Shown here piece after piece: positions 40,000 through 52,589 of a stretch of DNA of 64,000 bases. This stretch comes from Rhizophagus irregularis. Its lineage: Eukaryota. Positions within the stretch are counted from its first letter, which is position 1. Each line of letters opens with the position of its first letter. Under the pieces are notes generated by a model, which was not told where the DNA came from, searched no databases, and was given only the letters and a program-made list of their open reading frames with translations. The stretch spans positions 7,068,001 through 7,132,000 of the forward strand of contig NC_089429.1 in the NCBI RefSeq assembly GCF_026210795.1, given 5' to 3'. The translations under genes were made by a program, and so were the position numbers.

Positions 40000-41200
40000 A
40001 GTTTCTCTTAAGAGCGCATTATTAGTAGCTGCAGTTGATTGAACACCAAAATCTCTTCATGGATCTATTTCTAGAGGAGAATTGGTTTCCTTTTTATTCT
40101 TTTTATTCTTTAAACAATAAACTTTAAAGTAATCATCTATCCATAAACCTACTAAAGATACCTTCTCCGTCTCTATCCATAAAATCAAAATAAATAAAAT
40201 TTTCATTGAATGAATACAACTTGACGAGGGGAGGTAATGAATAGAACTCCGGCATCCACCTGTAAGATTAAGTTCGCGTTATTGAAAGATAAAATTATAA
40301 TCAAAGAATTATTTATTTCTATATAGCAATGAACCTACCACAGATTTCATTTGATACTCTAACTCCGAACTGTTGAGTTTAATCATCATTCCAGAACCGG
40401 AGCTGAATCGACAGAGTTGTTTCCTTTCGTAGGACGCGCAGATTGATAATATCCTTGCCCGATTTCAGCACCTTTGGTTTGTAAAGGGAACTCCTCTGGC
40501 GTATATTGTCCTCCAAAAACTTTTTCTTTATTTTCTTTAGAAATAAAAAAAATGAATCATTAACTTTCTAATCTTCCAACTGAGTGTAATCCATTGACTG
40601 ACCATATCGTACCTAATACAAATAGCCAAAATTTCCTTTGGCAATACGGGCCGCCAGTAATATGACGTGCTCCTTCCGGGGTAAAGAATGATCTACTACA
40701 GTAACATGTGCGGTAGAAACCTGATAATGCCTAGCGCCATTATTGCTTATTACATAAATGATTATAATCCATTAGGAGATTCATTTTTTATTAAAAAGAA
40801 AGAAAGGAAAATAATAAAAAAACTTACTCGTTTGGCAATTGTTGGTCATGGGGACATCTTGTAAAAAATTGAATTAATTCAGCCGTCACGATGTGTCCAA
40901 CTCTTTTTTTATTTTAATCATGAATGATTATAATCCATTATGAGATTCAATTTTATTAAAAAGAAAGAAAGGAAAATAAAGAAAAAATTTACCGTTCGGC
41001 AATTGTTGGTCATGCTACTTCTTGCTTGTAAAAACTGTTCTGCCATCACTATATGCTCAACTCTTTTTAAATTCTTGTGGTGAACGACCACTCGTCACGA
41101 GTTTGTTTTCTAGTTGCACCAAATTTTATTGAATATAATTAATAAACTTTTTTGTAATTTCAAAAGCCAAGAAAAATAAAAACAATAATATTTTTTTTTT
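40000..41200 (-). pseudogene. Probable multi-exon degenerate gene of unknown family, with a duplicated exon+intron unit
   Basis: GC-richer blocks bounded by minus-strand GT..AG sites (e.g. 40260 acceptor; donors at ~40338, 40601, 40828, 40992); direct repeat 40757-40850 / 40922-41015. No clean frame recovered. Confidence 0.35.
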
Positions 41201-41605
41201 GAAGTTAAATCGTAAAATACATAGTAACATTTCGCTTTGTTTATTTCAATATTGGCACATTTTTAACGAAAAATAATTATTTTTACGTACCATCGAACTG
41301 GTCTCGCGCCTCCAAGGCAGTACCATTCTCTCTCTATTACTAAACACCAATTTCTCGCCACATTAAAGAATAGACTAAAGAAAACCAAAATCTTTATGGA
41401 TCTATTTCCAATTTCCAGAGGAGAATTGATCCTTTTATAGGCAAATATCTTCATATTTAATCCCAGAGGAGTCTGGGTGTAATCTCGATACATCATAATG
41501 TATAATATTATCAACAATTTGTTCTAACTTTAATCGATCTTCTTTCACGGCCAACACTTGGTCTTCTTAATCTCCATGATGGATAAGAATATAATAATAA
41601 TAACA

Positions 41606-41672
41606 AATATCCATATTTCATTGTTATTAAGCACTCTTTTCGGGAGTGCTTAATAACAGTAAAATAGGTATT
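41606..41672. repeat. Hairpin, likely an internally deleted Tc2-like MITE
   Basis: Stem TGTTATTAAGCACTC / GAGTGCTTAATAACA with a 7-nt loop, extending imperfectly to ~30 bp; resembles the TIR at 18140. Confidence 0.6.
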
Positions 41673-44188
41673 TTTATAAAATTTTATTTAGGAGGGTAAA
41701 GGATTTTTTTTTTTTCTGGTAGCTTGGGCAAAAATGAACGATTTTATAATGCAGTGGATTGATTGTCATACATAATTTTCGTGTGAAAATGTGATTTGTA
41801 AATTAATGGCTAAATCCCATTGAGCTTAGTTCAAATGCATTCGTAAGCCTCATCAATGAAAAAAACATCATGAAAAAACATCAATATATGCATATTGAAC
41901 CATATGATCAAATCATTTGATTAAACTTTAAATTTTTTTTTGATGATTGATCTACACAAAAGAATTTCCGTTCTGGTTACTGATTTTTTTTCGATGTTTT
42001 TTTTTTGATTTAAAATCATTTTAACAGTATGAATTAAAAACTTTAACGCGCTTTTATTTTGTGCATTACAAACAAGAGAAGTTGTTTAAACTTGTTGAAA
42101 AAACTTACATAATTTTACGTAAATGAAGATTAAGACGCCAACGAAAGTAAAAAGATTAAGAAATCGCTTATATAATTAAATTAATTAATGGCGTAAAAAA
42201 GAACTATGCCAATTAAGAAATGTCATATTTCTTCATGAGGTTACACCGTAACTCTGTAAGTATACTTTACTTTACCGAATATAGGTCTTCATAATATTAA
42301 AATAATTTACTGTAAACGTATTTTACTATAATATCATTATATATGTTATCTCTCTCTTAAATATATACTTATTTGTATTATTCAAACAGAAAATGCCTCA
42401 AAAAAGATAAAACAGCTAAAAGACAAAGAGGATATATGGATTCTATTCAACACATTGAGCTGCATCACGATAAATATCTTGTATTACTATATGCTATCAT
42501 ATGGTGTTATTGTGGATCAAACCCTTAATGTAATAACCAGCAGTAAGATCGGCATCACTAAATATTTAATATGATATACAGTATAAAAAAGTATTCAAAT
42601 TTGTCACATTGATGTATAATGGCTATGTTCCGTGTGAAAATATTTTTTGTCTTACTTATCTCCTGCAGGAGAAAATGTACGTTGACGCAGTTGACGCGGC
42701 TAACCCTTTTTACATAATTCTATACATTTTTAAAACAACCTACTTTTTTATGCATATCGCTATTATGTATATTCCAAATCGGTTTTAGACCTGTTTTTAT
42801 TATGCTATTAATATTGTTAATAATATTTAATATCTAAAAAATGAAAAAATGAAGATATTAGAATAGTTAAAAGATAATTCAAATTAAAAAGATAAAGGGA
42901 AAAAGAAAAAAGAAAAAAGAAAAAGAAAAGATTCTTATATTCGACTAAACCTAAAGTGAAATTTTTTAATATAACATATTGAAAAGTCGGAGTTCGGGTA
43001 TATACATCCGTTAGTCTCAAATCTTATTCATTAAAGGAATACCCAATTTTGAGTCGTGATTCTGTGCAGAATGTTGAAATTGAAATATTTACATACAATA
43101 AAATTCGTTTATAGAAAATTAAAAATAAATTATCCTAATTCTTTAAAATAATAACATTAATAATGATAAAAAAAAATGGTTTAAACCTAAAAAAAGGACC
43201 TCCGGTGGGAAAAAAAATTTTTTTTTTATTCCCATTTTTATAAAATCTTTTCATCAATCAAGTCAAGAATCAGGGTTTATTACAAGTTATTCTATATTAG
43301 TATAGATATTCTATTTATACGTTTTTATATAATTCTATCATCTGATCCTTCATATATCCTTTATTCATCACCTGTTATCGATAGTATAATTTATTAATTC
43401 GGTAACAAATACAAAGTAAAGGCGCAGAACAATGACACGTCATAATAGCAGCTGTGCCACCTTCACGTGATCTAAATTTACGATATATTACGAAGTTGTT
43501 ACAAAAATAACGGATATTTCAAGTATTTTAATTCATTCATTAGATTAAATAAATGATACCATTTAAGTTGGGGTGCGTGATTGATTTAGGCAGCTACGTC
43601 ACAAATCATGATAATTGATCGCACTAACTTTTAAGAATAAAACATTAGAAGAGCATTCAATATATATAAACTTTTGTAATTGAATAATTAATATGTGCAT
43701 TTAATTTGAAAGTCATGAGATTAGTAGAAAAACATAATTAATCATAATTCGTGTATATAGCAGAATATACTGTTTATTTTCCTTAATTATTATCATAATT
43801 CATAATTACAAACCTAATTACAATTTTATGGGACTACTGTAGTAATTATACTTTCATTTTTTTTAGAACTATAAATCTTAATTAAAAAACAATTTAACTT
43901 AATTGTTAAACATTAATAATAATAAAACGAAATTTGAAGGGGTGTTATCTTCAAAACATAATCACTTGGAACTATTGCCTGAATAGTCCAGGAGTGTTTC
44001 TTAGGGTTCATAGTTGGAGGGAAGTCCGGTCTCATCTATAATCCGGCACAAAAAGGCAAACGCAAATGATAAGTAATAAGATTTATTAAAAGTTTAACAT
44101 GGAATGAAATTATTATAAAGCAACAACCTTTCATTATTAGATTATGATAATAAATAATGAGTGTATTTAATTAATGAGAGTAGATATT

Positions 44189-44376
44189 CCCTATAAAAAA
44201 TTTTATCCGTTATTTCTGTGAAAACTCCGCAAAAATGAGCCTTTCGCGGATCCATTCACGGAAAATATAAATAATACGATAAATTCCGTGATATAAGGTT
44301 ATTAATTCCGGAAATATGAGCCTTTTACGAAAAAAAAAGATGGAATATAAAAAACGGAATGACTTTTTTTATAGGG
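44189..44376. mobile_element. Second member of the CCCTATAAAAAA MITE family, ATT TSD
   Basis: ATT[CCCTATAAAAAATTTTATCCG...TTTTTTTATAGGG]ATT; internal similarity to 30015-30213. Confidence 0.8.
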
Positions 44377-46341
44377 ATTATTGATTAACATAATCTAAAT
44401 ATTAAAAGTGCTTTTGTCTTTTGAAGCACAACCGGATGGATAAAATAAATAAAATTTTAGCAGGTCTTCTGGAACCTCAATTTATAACTTTACGAAAGAA
44501 ACATTAAATCAGCAAAGAAATTATCTTAAACCAATAAAATTTATATTTAAAAGAAATACCTTGTTTCAATAAAGTTTATATGGCCAATAATTGAACTCAT
44601 TAAAGTTTACAATAAGAAATCAACTGAAACAATATTCAAAAATTAACAATATTAAGAGATTCGCTTTAAATGAGATATACTTTCTTATTCTGTATAATTG
44701 ATTATACGGATGATCATCCATTTAGATGAACGTACGATTGGACAACTGTTCAAAAGTACTTATCCATACTGTAATGTTTGTGATTGGTTCTAAGTTTTGA
44801 ATGAAATAATATGAATGGATAGTCCTATAACCTATATTTGAAAATTATTTTGTTGAGATGAAACTTCCAGAAAGATTCGCCGATTCATATTACTGTGAAC
44901 ATGACTGGTCACGAACTAATTAAGTTATTTCTCCTTGTTTCATAGATTACGGTAATAATCTATTTATGAAACATTACAAGCCTTCCTAATTTTGGAAGTT
45001 TATCGAAGAATGAATTTCATATCATTAGACTTGTTTAATATCTGAATAAAGTGCAAAAATTTCGCAACCAATAGGATATATAATCTTTATTAGTATAAAG
45101 CTTTTAAAAGTATTATTTATCATAAACTTTTTAAGTTTCGTCATGTTTATATGATTGATAAATTGGTCGTTGCTTATCAGATACTTTAACGTTGGAATAA
45201 TGGTCGATGTTGAATTGTGGCATTACGTGCAACATGACAACAATTATTCGATATTGACGAATAACAATAACTTTCCGGGACGGGAATAACATATTAGTTT
45301 ACTAAGAGACTCGTGTTTAAAATTTTGAAATAAATCTTTCAAATTATTTTCAATGATAAATAAAGATTGTATTATTTTTATCCTAAAATTACTTTATTTT
45401 TATCTCAAAAGTTTTTAATAGGTGCAATTGCATGTTACGGATGACAAATGAAATTATTAATTGTTCAGCTTATCATTCTTACAATAAAGTATTTCTATGA
45501 TAAATAATTTATTATTTATATAAAATATAATTTGAATACAAAACATAATATTCTAAAATTTGAAATAAAATAAGATCTGCTTTTTGCGACACAAATTATA
45601 TTATAACAGATATACTGTATATAGTATAGTACGGCTTCAGCGAAATAGACTTCAGCGAAACGTTACCGTAACCATATTATAACAGATAATGCATTTTAAA
45701 ATTAATTACTTTTTATTAATGTTGTATCATGCGAATAAATTATTATAGTATATGTAGTAAAGCATATCTTATATATACTGTTTGGTTCATATCATGAATT
45801 AAATTTGAGAAATTTTCTATATACTAGTGATGAGGATCGTTAGCGAAGCGGGTTCCATTTTTTTTTGTTTGTTTTCTTTCCCAATCATAAGCTTGATGCG
45901 TTCAGGTATTTCATTTTCATTTCCAAAATGCACCAGTATCACGATGCATATATGATGCTTGTTTGTGAGTTTAGGCTTTATTAATAGAAAAGTTTCTTCA
46001 ATAATCAAATGAAAGAATATACAATAAATTTATTTATTTCTTTATTTCTTTATTAATTTTTATTTCTTAGATAAATTAACTAACGCAAAATAGTCTACAA
46101 CATTTAATCTAATAATAATAATGTATTTTACTATATTTAAACTCAATTAATTAATGTATTTGTTAAGCTAATCAATTAAAAAATAGTTTAATTTTAAAGT
46201 TTAAATTATCTACGCGAAACATAAAATTTGGTCTTTTCCTAAATTGCCTTCCTATCCGTACCCTAAACGGTGCGTTGGAGGAAAGTATTACAAGGCTTTC
46301 CCAACTAAACCTTGCTGTAAGAAAATTTCGGGTACAAATTC

Positions 46342-46522
46342 CTCCACTTTCTCCCGCATTGTATATAAAATTATCTTCCACTTTCTCCCGCATTGTATAT
46401 AAAATTATCCTCCACTTCAACTTCTCCCGCATTGTATATAAAATTATCCTCCACTTCAACTTCTCCCGCATTGTATATAAAATTATCCCTCCACTTTCTC
46501 CCGCATTGTATATAAAATTATC
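46342..46522. repeat. Minisatellite, 34-40 bp unit x5
   Basis: Unit CTCCACTT(CAACT)TCTCCCGCATTGTATATAAAATTATC. Confidence 0.9.
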
Positions 46523-47929
46523 ATCGACGTACTCTCCCAAAATTCTACTAATATTTATAAATAAAATTATCTTAATCTGCCTTTTTTTTATATATATATT
46601 ATAAATTTCAGATCGAATTTTATTTTATATATAACTTTACGTTATATATTATTTTTGGCCTATGCCTTAACTTGTTTCTTGCCAAAATTTGTTTGGCCAT
46701 GATATTATTTTGACTTTCATGAGCCAAATCTTGTTTTGCAATACACTTATATGGATTTGCCTATGTTTGGCCATATTATTTCGACTTTTTTCAAACAAAA
46801 TCTTGTTTGACAGAGTGTTGAGCTGATGTATTAACTTTTTTCTTGGAAAAATTTGTTTGGCCCATGCTTTCATGAGCCAAATCTTGTTTTGCCGTTTCTT
46901 TTTAAGTTTGGCCGGTGTCACTTCGACAAAATCTGCGAGTTAAATTTTAAGATTGTTGCTTGGTCATTATCAAATTTAAACCAGATTATTTATAAAATAT
47001 TTTTTTAAAACTATTATAAAAAGTTATTATAACTAATATGTTGATATGATCTTATGAAGGTTTATTTTTATATAAAATATCTCTCCATCTGAGATAAAAA
47101 TATTTTAGATTTTAAAAATAATATATTAAAATTTAAAAGTTTAAAATATAAATTAATTATAAATATCCATATCAATATTTTTTCATTGATTATTAATGGA
47201 TAATATTACGTGTATGATAAGTATAAGTGTTAGGCAAGAAAACTTTGTCATTGAATTTTTTTTTTAAAAAAAAGGGAAAAGAAAAAATTGATAGAAATAA
47301 CCAGATTTTTTTTTGATCTTATTTATATTTAAATTTGCATATAACATCAAATAAACGTAATTTTCTCACACTTTTTTTGAATTTCTTTTGTTTTACTAAA
47401 AAAAATCTGATAATGATTAAGGGGCCAATTTCCTTGTGAATATTTTGAAATAATGATACATGTTATTAATAGACATGTCTCAATTGTATTAAGATCCCTT
47501 AAAATAATAATAATGAAATTTAAGAATTTTTAAAGAAACAAATTTATTAACATATTTAGAATTTTATTTTATTGTCTGCATCATTTGTACTTTTTATTAC
47601 AAGATTAAGTTGATCAACAATACGATACGGTTAATATATTGTGAATAACTTTCGTGCCAACAATAAGTTTAAATGTTAATGATATCATATTCATGAAATT
47701 TAGTAGTTAATAATTACATTGTCGTTTAAGGTTACACGCGTTAAAACATTAATATAATAAACGTACACGAAAAATTGACGTATGTTACTATTAATAACAT
47801 GTTACTGATTCATATCAATTTTAAAGAATTTTAATTAATAACATAATTTAAATTTTAAAGTTCAAAGTTCATCTATATCATCAGCTTCAAACGATAGTTG
47901 GTATGTGATCGTCATGAAATATTACATTT

Positions 47930-48545
47930 GCCGCAGTTTATTAGTTGTTAATTTTTAAAAAATACTATTTACATTATTGTTTATAAAAAAATAATAGTTA
48001 ATATTTTTTTACCTTTGTAATCAGGATGAATATAATACGCTAAGAGATATTCGTCGAAATCATACATTTTAAATCGTTCGTTGAAGGATTTAATTGAATC
48101 TGACGAAATCATCTTCATCAGGAATCTTGTTAATCGATTGACCAAGATATGCCAGAAAAAAAGTAACAATCAGCTAGCGTTGATTTATTACTTTCAAGAC
48201 TTAGAATAGCGTCTCTGATAGGTATCATAATGTTTGTCAAATCATAAACATCATTAAATTAAAAAATCCACGTTTCCGATTAATAATTATCTTAACAGCC
48301 TCACTCGTAATAATATTAGAGTTTTCACTGATAACCTAATAAAATATATTTAACAAAAAATAAAATCAAATTGCAATTTTGCAATTTTTATATTACAAAA
48401 TAAAATAATAAAGTTGTACTTTGAGACAAATTTCCAGCCGAGAAATTGAATCTAACATCTCATAAACAGTCGTCCATCTCGTATTCAAATATGTGTTTAA
48501 TCCACCACCTCCAATTTGTTTTTCTTTAATTTTCAATTCTAGTAG
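47930..48545 (-). pseudogene. hAT transposase fragment
   Basis: Minus strand gives GGGLNTYLNTRWTTVYEMLDSISRLEICL, DVYDLTNIMIPIRDAILSLESNKSTLADCY and FNERFKMYDFDEYLLAYYIHPDYKG, matching the RW and LxP-type motifs of the hAT catalytic region; frameshifted. Confidence 0.7.
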
Positions 48546-48683
48546 TTCTTTGGGGCGGAATTTAAAGTCTCAGAACTACTAGAGGTGGATCTGTTGCTTG
48601 AACGGATATTATTGAAGATCATATTTATAGATAGTGACCCACATATTTAAATGGTTTAGCAGGTAGTCATTAAGGGTATCCAA

Positions 48684-49341
48684 GGTATTTGGACTTTTTG
48701 CCGAAGTCCATTTCACTGAAACCCATTCCGCCGAAGCCATTTCTCCGAAGGGATTTCACCGAAGGGGTATTTCGCTGAAAGAACGTTTCGCCGAAATACC
48801 ATTTCACGAAACTCCATTTTACCGAATCCATTTTTCCGAAGCCATTTTATCAAAATGGACATTTCGCCGAGTGGACATTTTGCCTAATGGACAATGGTAG
48901 CGATTACTGTAACATTTTAATAAGTATTCATCGCGCAATGAAATTAAAAATTAAATTATTTTTAGAGATTTTTTTTTCTCAGGATATTATCACTTTAACA
49001 TTCAAGTAACTGATATTAATTGTTAAGAAATAAATAAATAACTTTATTTTCCTGAAACATTTATTCACGAAAAAAGTAAGTAAAAAAAAGACTATTAATA
49101 TATTATAAACAAAGATAAATTTAATAAAAATCAGCTAATTCAAAAATTTTAAAAATTTTTCTAGAAAACATTTCTTTATGTTATAAAATAACCAAATGGA
49201 ATAAAAAATTTTTCGGCGAAATGTTCATTCGATAAAATGGCTTCGGTGAAATGGAATTCGGTGAAATGGTATTTCGGTGAAACGTCCTTTCGGCGAAATA
49301 TCCCTTCGGCGAAAAGGACTTCGGCGAAAAGTCCAGATACC
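48684..49341. mobile_element. MULE-like non-autonomous element with TTTCGCCGAA-repeat TIRs
   Basis: Ends GGTATTTGGACTTTTTGCCGAAGTCC / GGACTTCGGCGAAAAGTCCAGATACC; no TSD seen. Confidence 0.7.
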
Positions 49342-49790
49342 GATCTGTTTATAATTTTATACGGATTACAATCCGTTAATCCAGATGATCTCCCATCCGT
49401 CATCCGTTTTATAACAGATTAAATCCGTCCTAAAATATCAGATTAGGATATCCGAGCTGGATCCATAAAATAGGATCTATCGGATCACTAAATATTTTAT
49501 TTTATCATTGATCTCACTATGTTTATTCAATTAACTAGCTAATGGTCATAAAATATGGAATTTTTATTTATTATATTGTCTTGCATTTATTGATTGATCA
49601 TCTGAAACGTGATCGTGACCCTTGGAGCTACTGGTTATACTCGAATAAAAATAGCTAGTTTTACTAATAAATTACTGCGTCATGCGCATGAACAATTGTT
49701 CACGCCGATCACTTTTTTGCAAAAAATACTGTAAACATAATATCTTAGTACAATTTTTATTAATAATATGTACAATCTATCTATTTTAAC

Positions 49791-50998
49791 TTAATCAGAT
49801 GTTACCGTTGAACTATCTTCTAAGTTTCTACGTAAGGAAGTACTACACAATATGTACATGTTAACAATTATAATATTTTGTAAAATTAACAAAGTTTTAA
49901 TAAACTCAGCCAGAATAGAAGGATCATTTGAATAATTAATCGGAATTGTAGATTCACACAATTTGTAATAACGATGCACTTCAACATCATCTCTGATCAG
50001 AACATTCAAATATAGCTTTGGTCCTGCTACTTGCACTCCTACAATTCCAAATTGACCCTTTTCAGGTTTTGACTTTCTCGAACCTAGTACATTTCTTCTG
50101 CTTGTTACAACAAATTCATGAACATTCTACATACATAAGTTCATAAAGTTTGTCACTTTCATTTGTTACAAGCATTATATCTGGTCGTCTTCCTCGTCCA
50201 TCGCCCTTTCTATCTGAACTTGCTATACTTTGACGTTCAAAACTAAAAAATAAAATTATATTCATCAATCTTAGATTCATAGCATTATTATATCAATATA
50301 TTAATATTATGACAACTTACGTGGTGATTATTGCATTTTCTCCAAAGGGATTATCAAATAATGTAGCATGAATTGCAGAAACAATGAAACAATTACATTA
50401 TTGACATAGGTATCCTCATTTAATGATTCAACAAATTGAGGGCAAAAAGCTGGATTACACCAAACGTTTTCAACGTATCAAGAATTTTCAACACAACTTC
50501 TTTAAGCTTATCATCACTTTCCACCATAGCATGATGTTTTACGGAAAAATTATTGGTCCATTCTCGTTGTTCCAATTCCTTAATATAGTTAGTATAATAC
50601 TTTTCGAGCCAACTCTCTAGTGAATTCTTAAAATCTTCGAAAGTGGGCCACATGTTGTCGCCTTCCAATTCCCATCATGTCGTAATCCTTGTGGCAGATT
50701 TGGATCAAGAAATTTAATAGATTATTATCAATTAAAAATTCTTGAATATGCCTAACAAGTGAATAAAATTCAATTCCTTGATCATATTTAAATTTGACAT
50801 ATACAAATTCTTTTGCTGTTGAGAATATTAGATCCCCAAAAACGTACTTTCCATCCTTTTTTTCCTTTAAATTAGAACGAAAATAATCTGACTAACACCA
50901 TTTTACAGAAAAATTATCGGTCCATTCTCGTTGACCCAACTCTTTATTTCAACAAGATGACCTTTCGTTATAAGTTCTGACCAAAACTTTGACTCCAT
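49791..50998 (-). pseudogene. Disrupted member of a fungal multicopy family with a possible PD-(D/E)XK-like C-terminal domain
   Basis: Segments MESKFWSEL..., PTFEDFKNSLESWLEK..., NEDTYVNNVIV, FERQSIASSDRKGDGRGRRPDIML and QFGIVGVQVAGPKLYLNVL...LAEFIKTLLILQN; intron near 50245-50320; several frameshifts. Confidence 0.5.
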
Positions 50999-51520
50999 TC
51001 TCTAAAAAATTTTGATCACGTTTCTGGGAATACAAACTAGAAAAATGATCATTTATCGGTTTTTTCCATAATTTTTTTATAGGGATTTCAAAATTTTTTT
51101 TTAAAAAAAAAGTTTTAAAAAAAAGTTTTAATTATATAGTAATAATTTTCATTTTATTTGACCAATGTAGTAGTATATTAACTAAAGTTTATTCATAGTA
51201 TCAAATAAGCTATATTGAATTATGTTGAGTTTATTTATAGTATCAAATAAACTATATTGATTTATGTTAAAAGTAATATTATATACACATATAATACATA
51301 TTTTACTATTGATTTACGTTAAAGTAATATTACAATTATTAAAAATATTTCCTTGTAAGAACTCCTTAATAAGAGTCATTATCCAATTGGATATTTTGCG
51401 ACTTTTGAAGAAATAAATGAAAGAAAGAATTTATCATTTGATTTAAATAGATTTTACTGATAGACTTCCTGTGCATTAAATCTGATGTGTGGTGCAGCGA
51501 TTTTTTTGTGCAATGTTTGC

Positions 51521-52589
51521 CACATGTCGGATAAAAATCAACTTTTGACTTTTTTTCGTTTACAGTAATACAAAAAATGATAATCTCAATTTTTTTTTCC
51601 GAATGACCGGGGTCTTGTAGATGATGTCATGTACTCACTAAATTTCTAAAAAAAGAAATTCGCTATCCTGACGATAAAATCGTAATAAACAGAAAATAAA
51701 CGATAATGATAATTTTCGCGTCAGGTCATTTCTCACGTTTCCTGGTTTTTCGTTCAAGAAATAGTATTCGAGATGGTTGCAAATTATTCACCAAAAACAT
51801 TTTCATGAATTAATATTATACAATTATTCACAAAAAAACAATTCAAAATTAGACTTTGTACATCCAAGAAATTAGAATCATTTTTTACAAACTGGAAGAA
51901 TAGAAAATTAGAAAATCAAAGAAATTACTATTAGTGTAAATAATTGTAGCGTTGTAATCCAAACTTACGAAGACGATGATGTAAATTATTTAAATCAAAT
52001 TTATGAGTGTATTTTTTTTTATATGGTATATTAATATTTTTTTTTTTAGAAAATAGACTACTACTGCTACATGGTTAATTTGGATATTCAAAAAGATTAG
52101 GGATGTTTATTAAAAAAGAAATCATATAGGTAGAATTGCAAAATCAAATTCTTTGGTTAAAGAAGCTGCCAATAACTTGCCAAATGGACCAATGATGATA
52201 ACCCGGGAGATGATGATTGCTACAGGCAACAAAAGACTGCAAATATGGGGTCAAAAAACTCGAATTCGAGAAGGCAACCTTTGCAATCTTCGTTTCAGAA
52301 GTCAGACGGGGATAAAAAGAATTCGTAAAGTAGGAAATTGCCTTACAAAGTAAGTGGCGATGTCGCTACTGGCGTAGATCCATTCTAGAGCAAACCAAGA
52401 AATTAACGGTTAAATTCGCAAAGTATAAGCTCAGAGTTCTTCACTGTCAACCAGGGAAATAATTACTTTAGGAAGTTCAGATTTTTCTTCTGATTATTCT
52501 GATGAAGCTGATAACTTTGATAATCCCGATAATTATATACGCACGCCCGGTGGTTGCTCAGCAACCGAAAATCCTTATGAAGAGAGGAT
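51521..52589. repeat. Dispersed direct repeat, copy 1 (paralog of 62573-63984); contains a degenerate intron-bearing gene
   Basis: Long shared tracts, e.g. AGATGATGTCATGTACTCACTAAATTTCTAAAAAAAGAAATTC, GTACATCCAAGAAA..TTAGAATCATTTTTTACAAACTGGAAG and GCAACCGAAAATCCTTATGAAGAGAGGAT. Confidence 0.9.
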
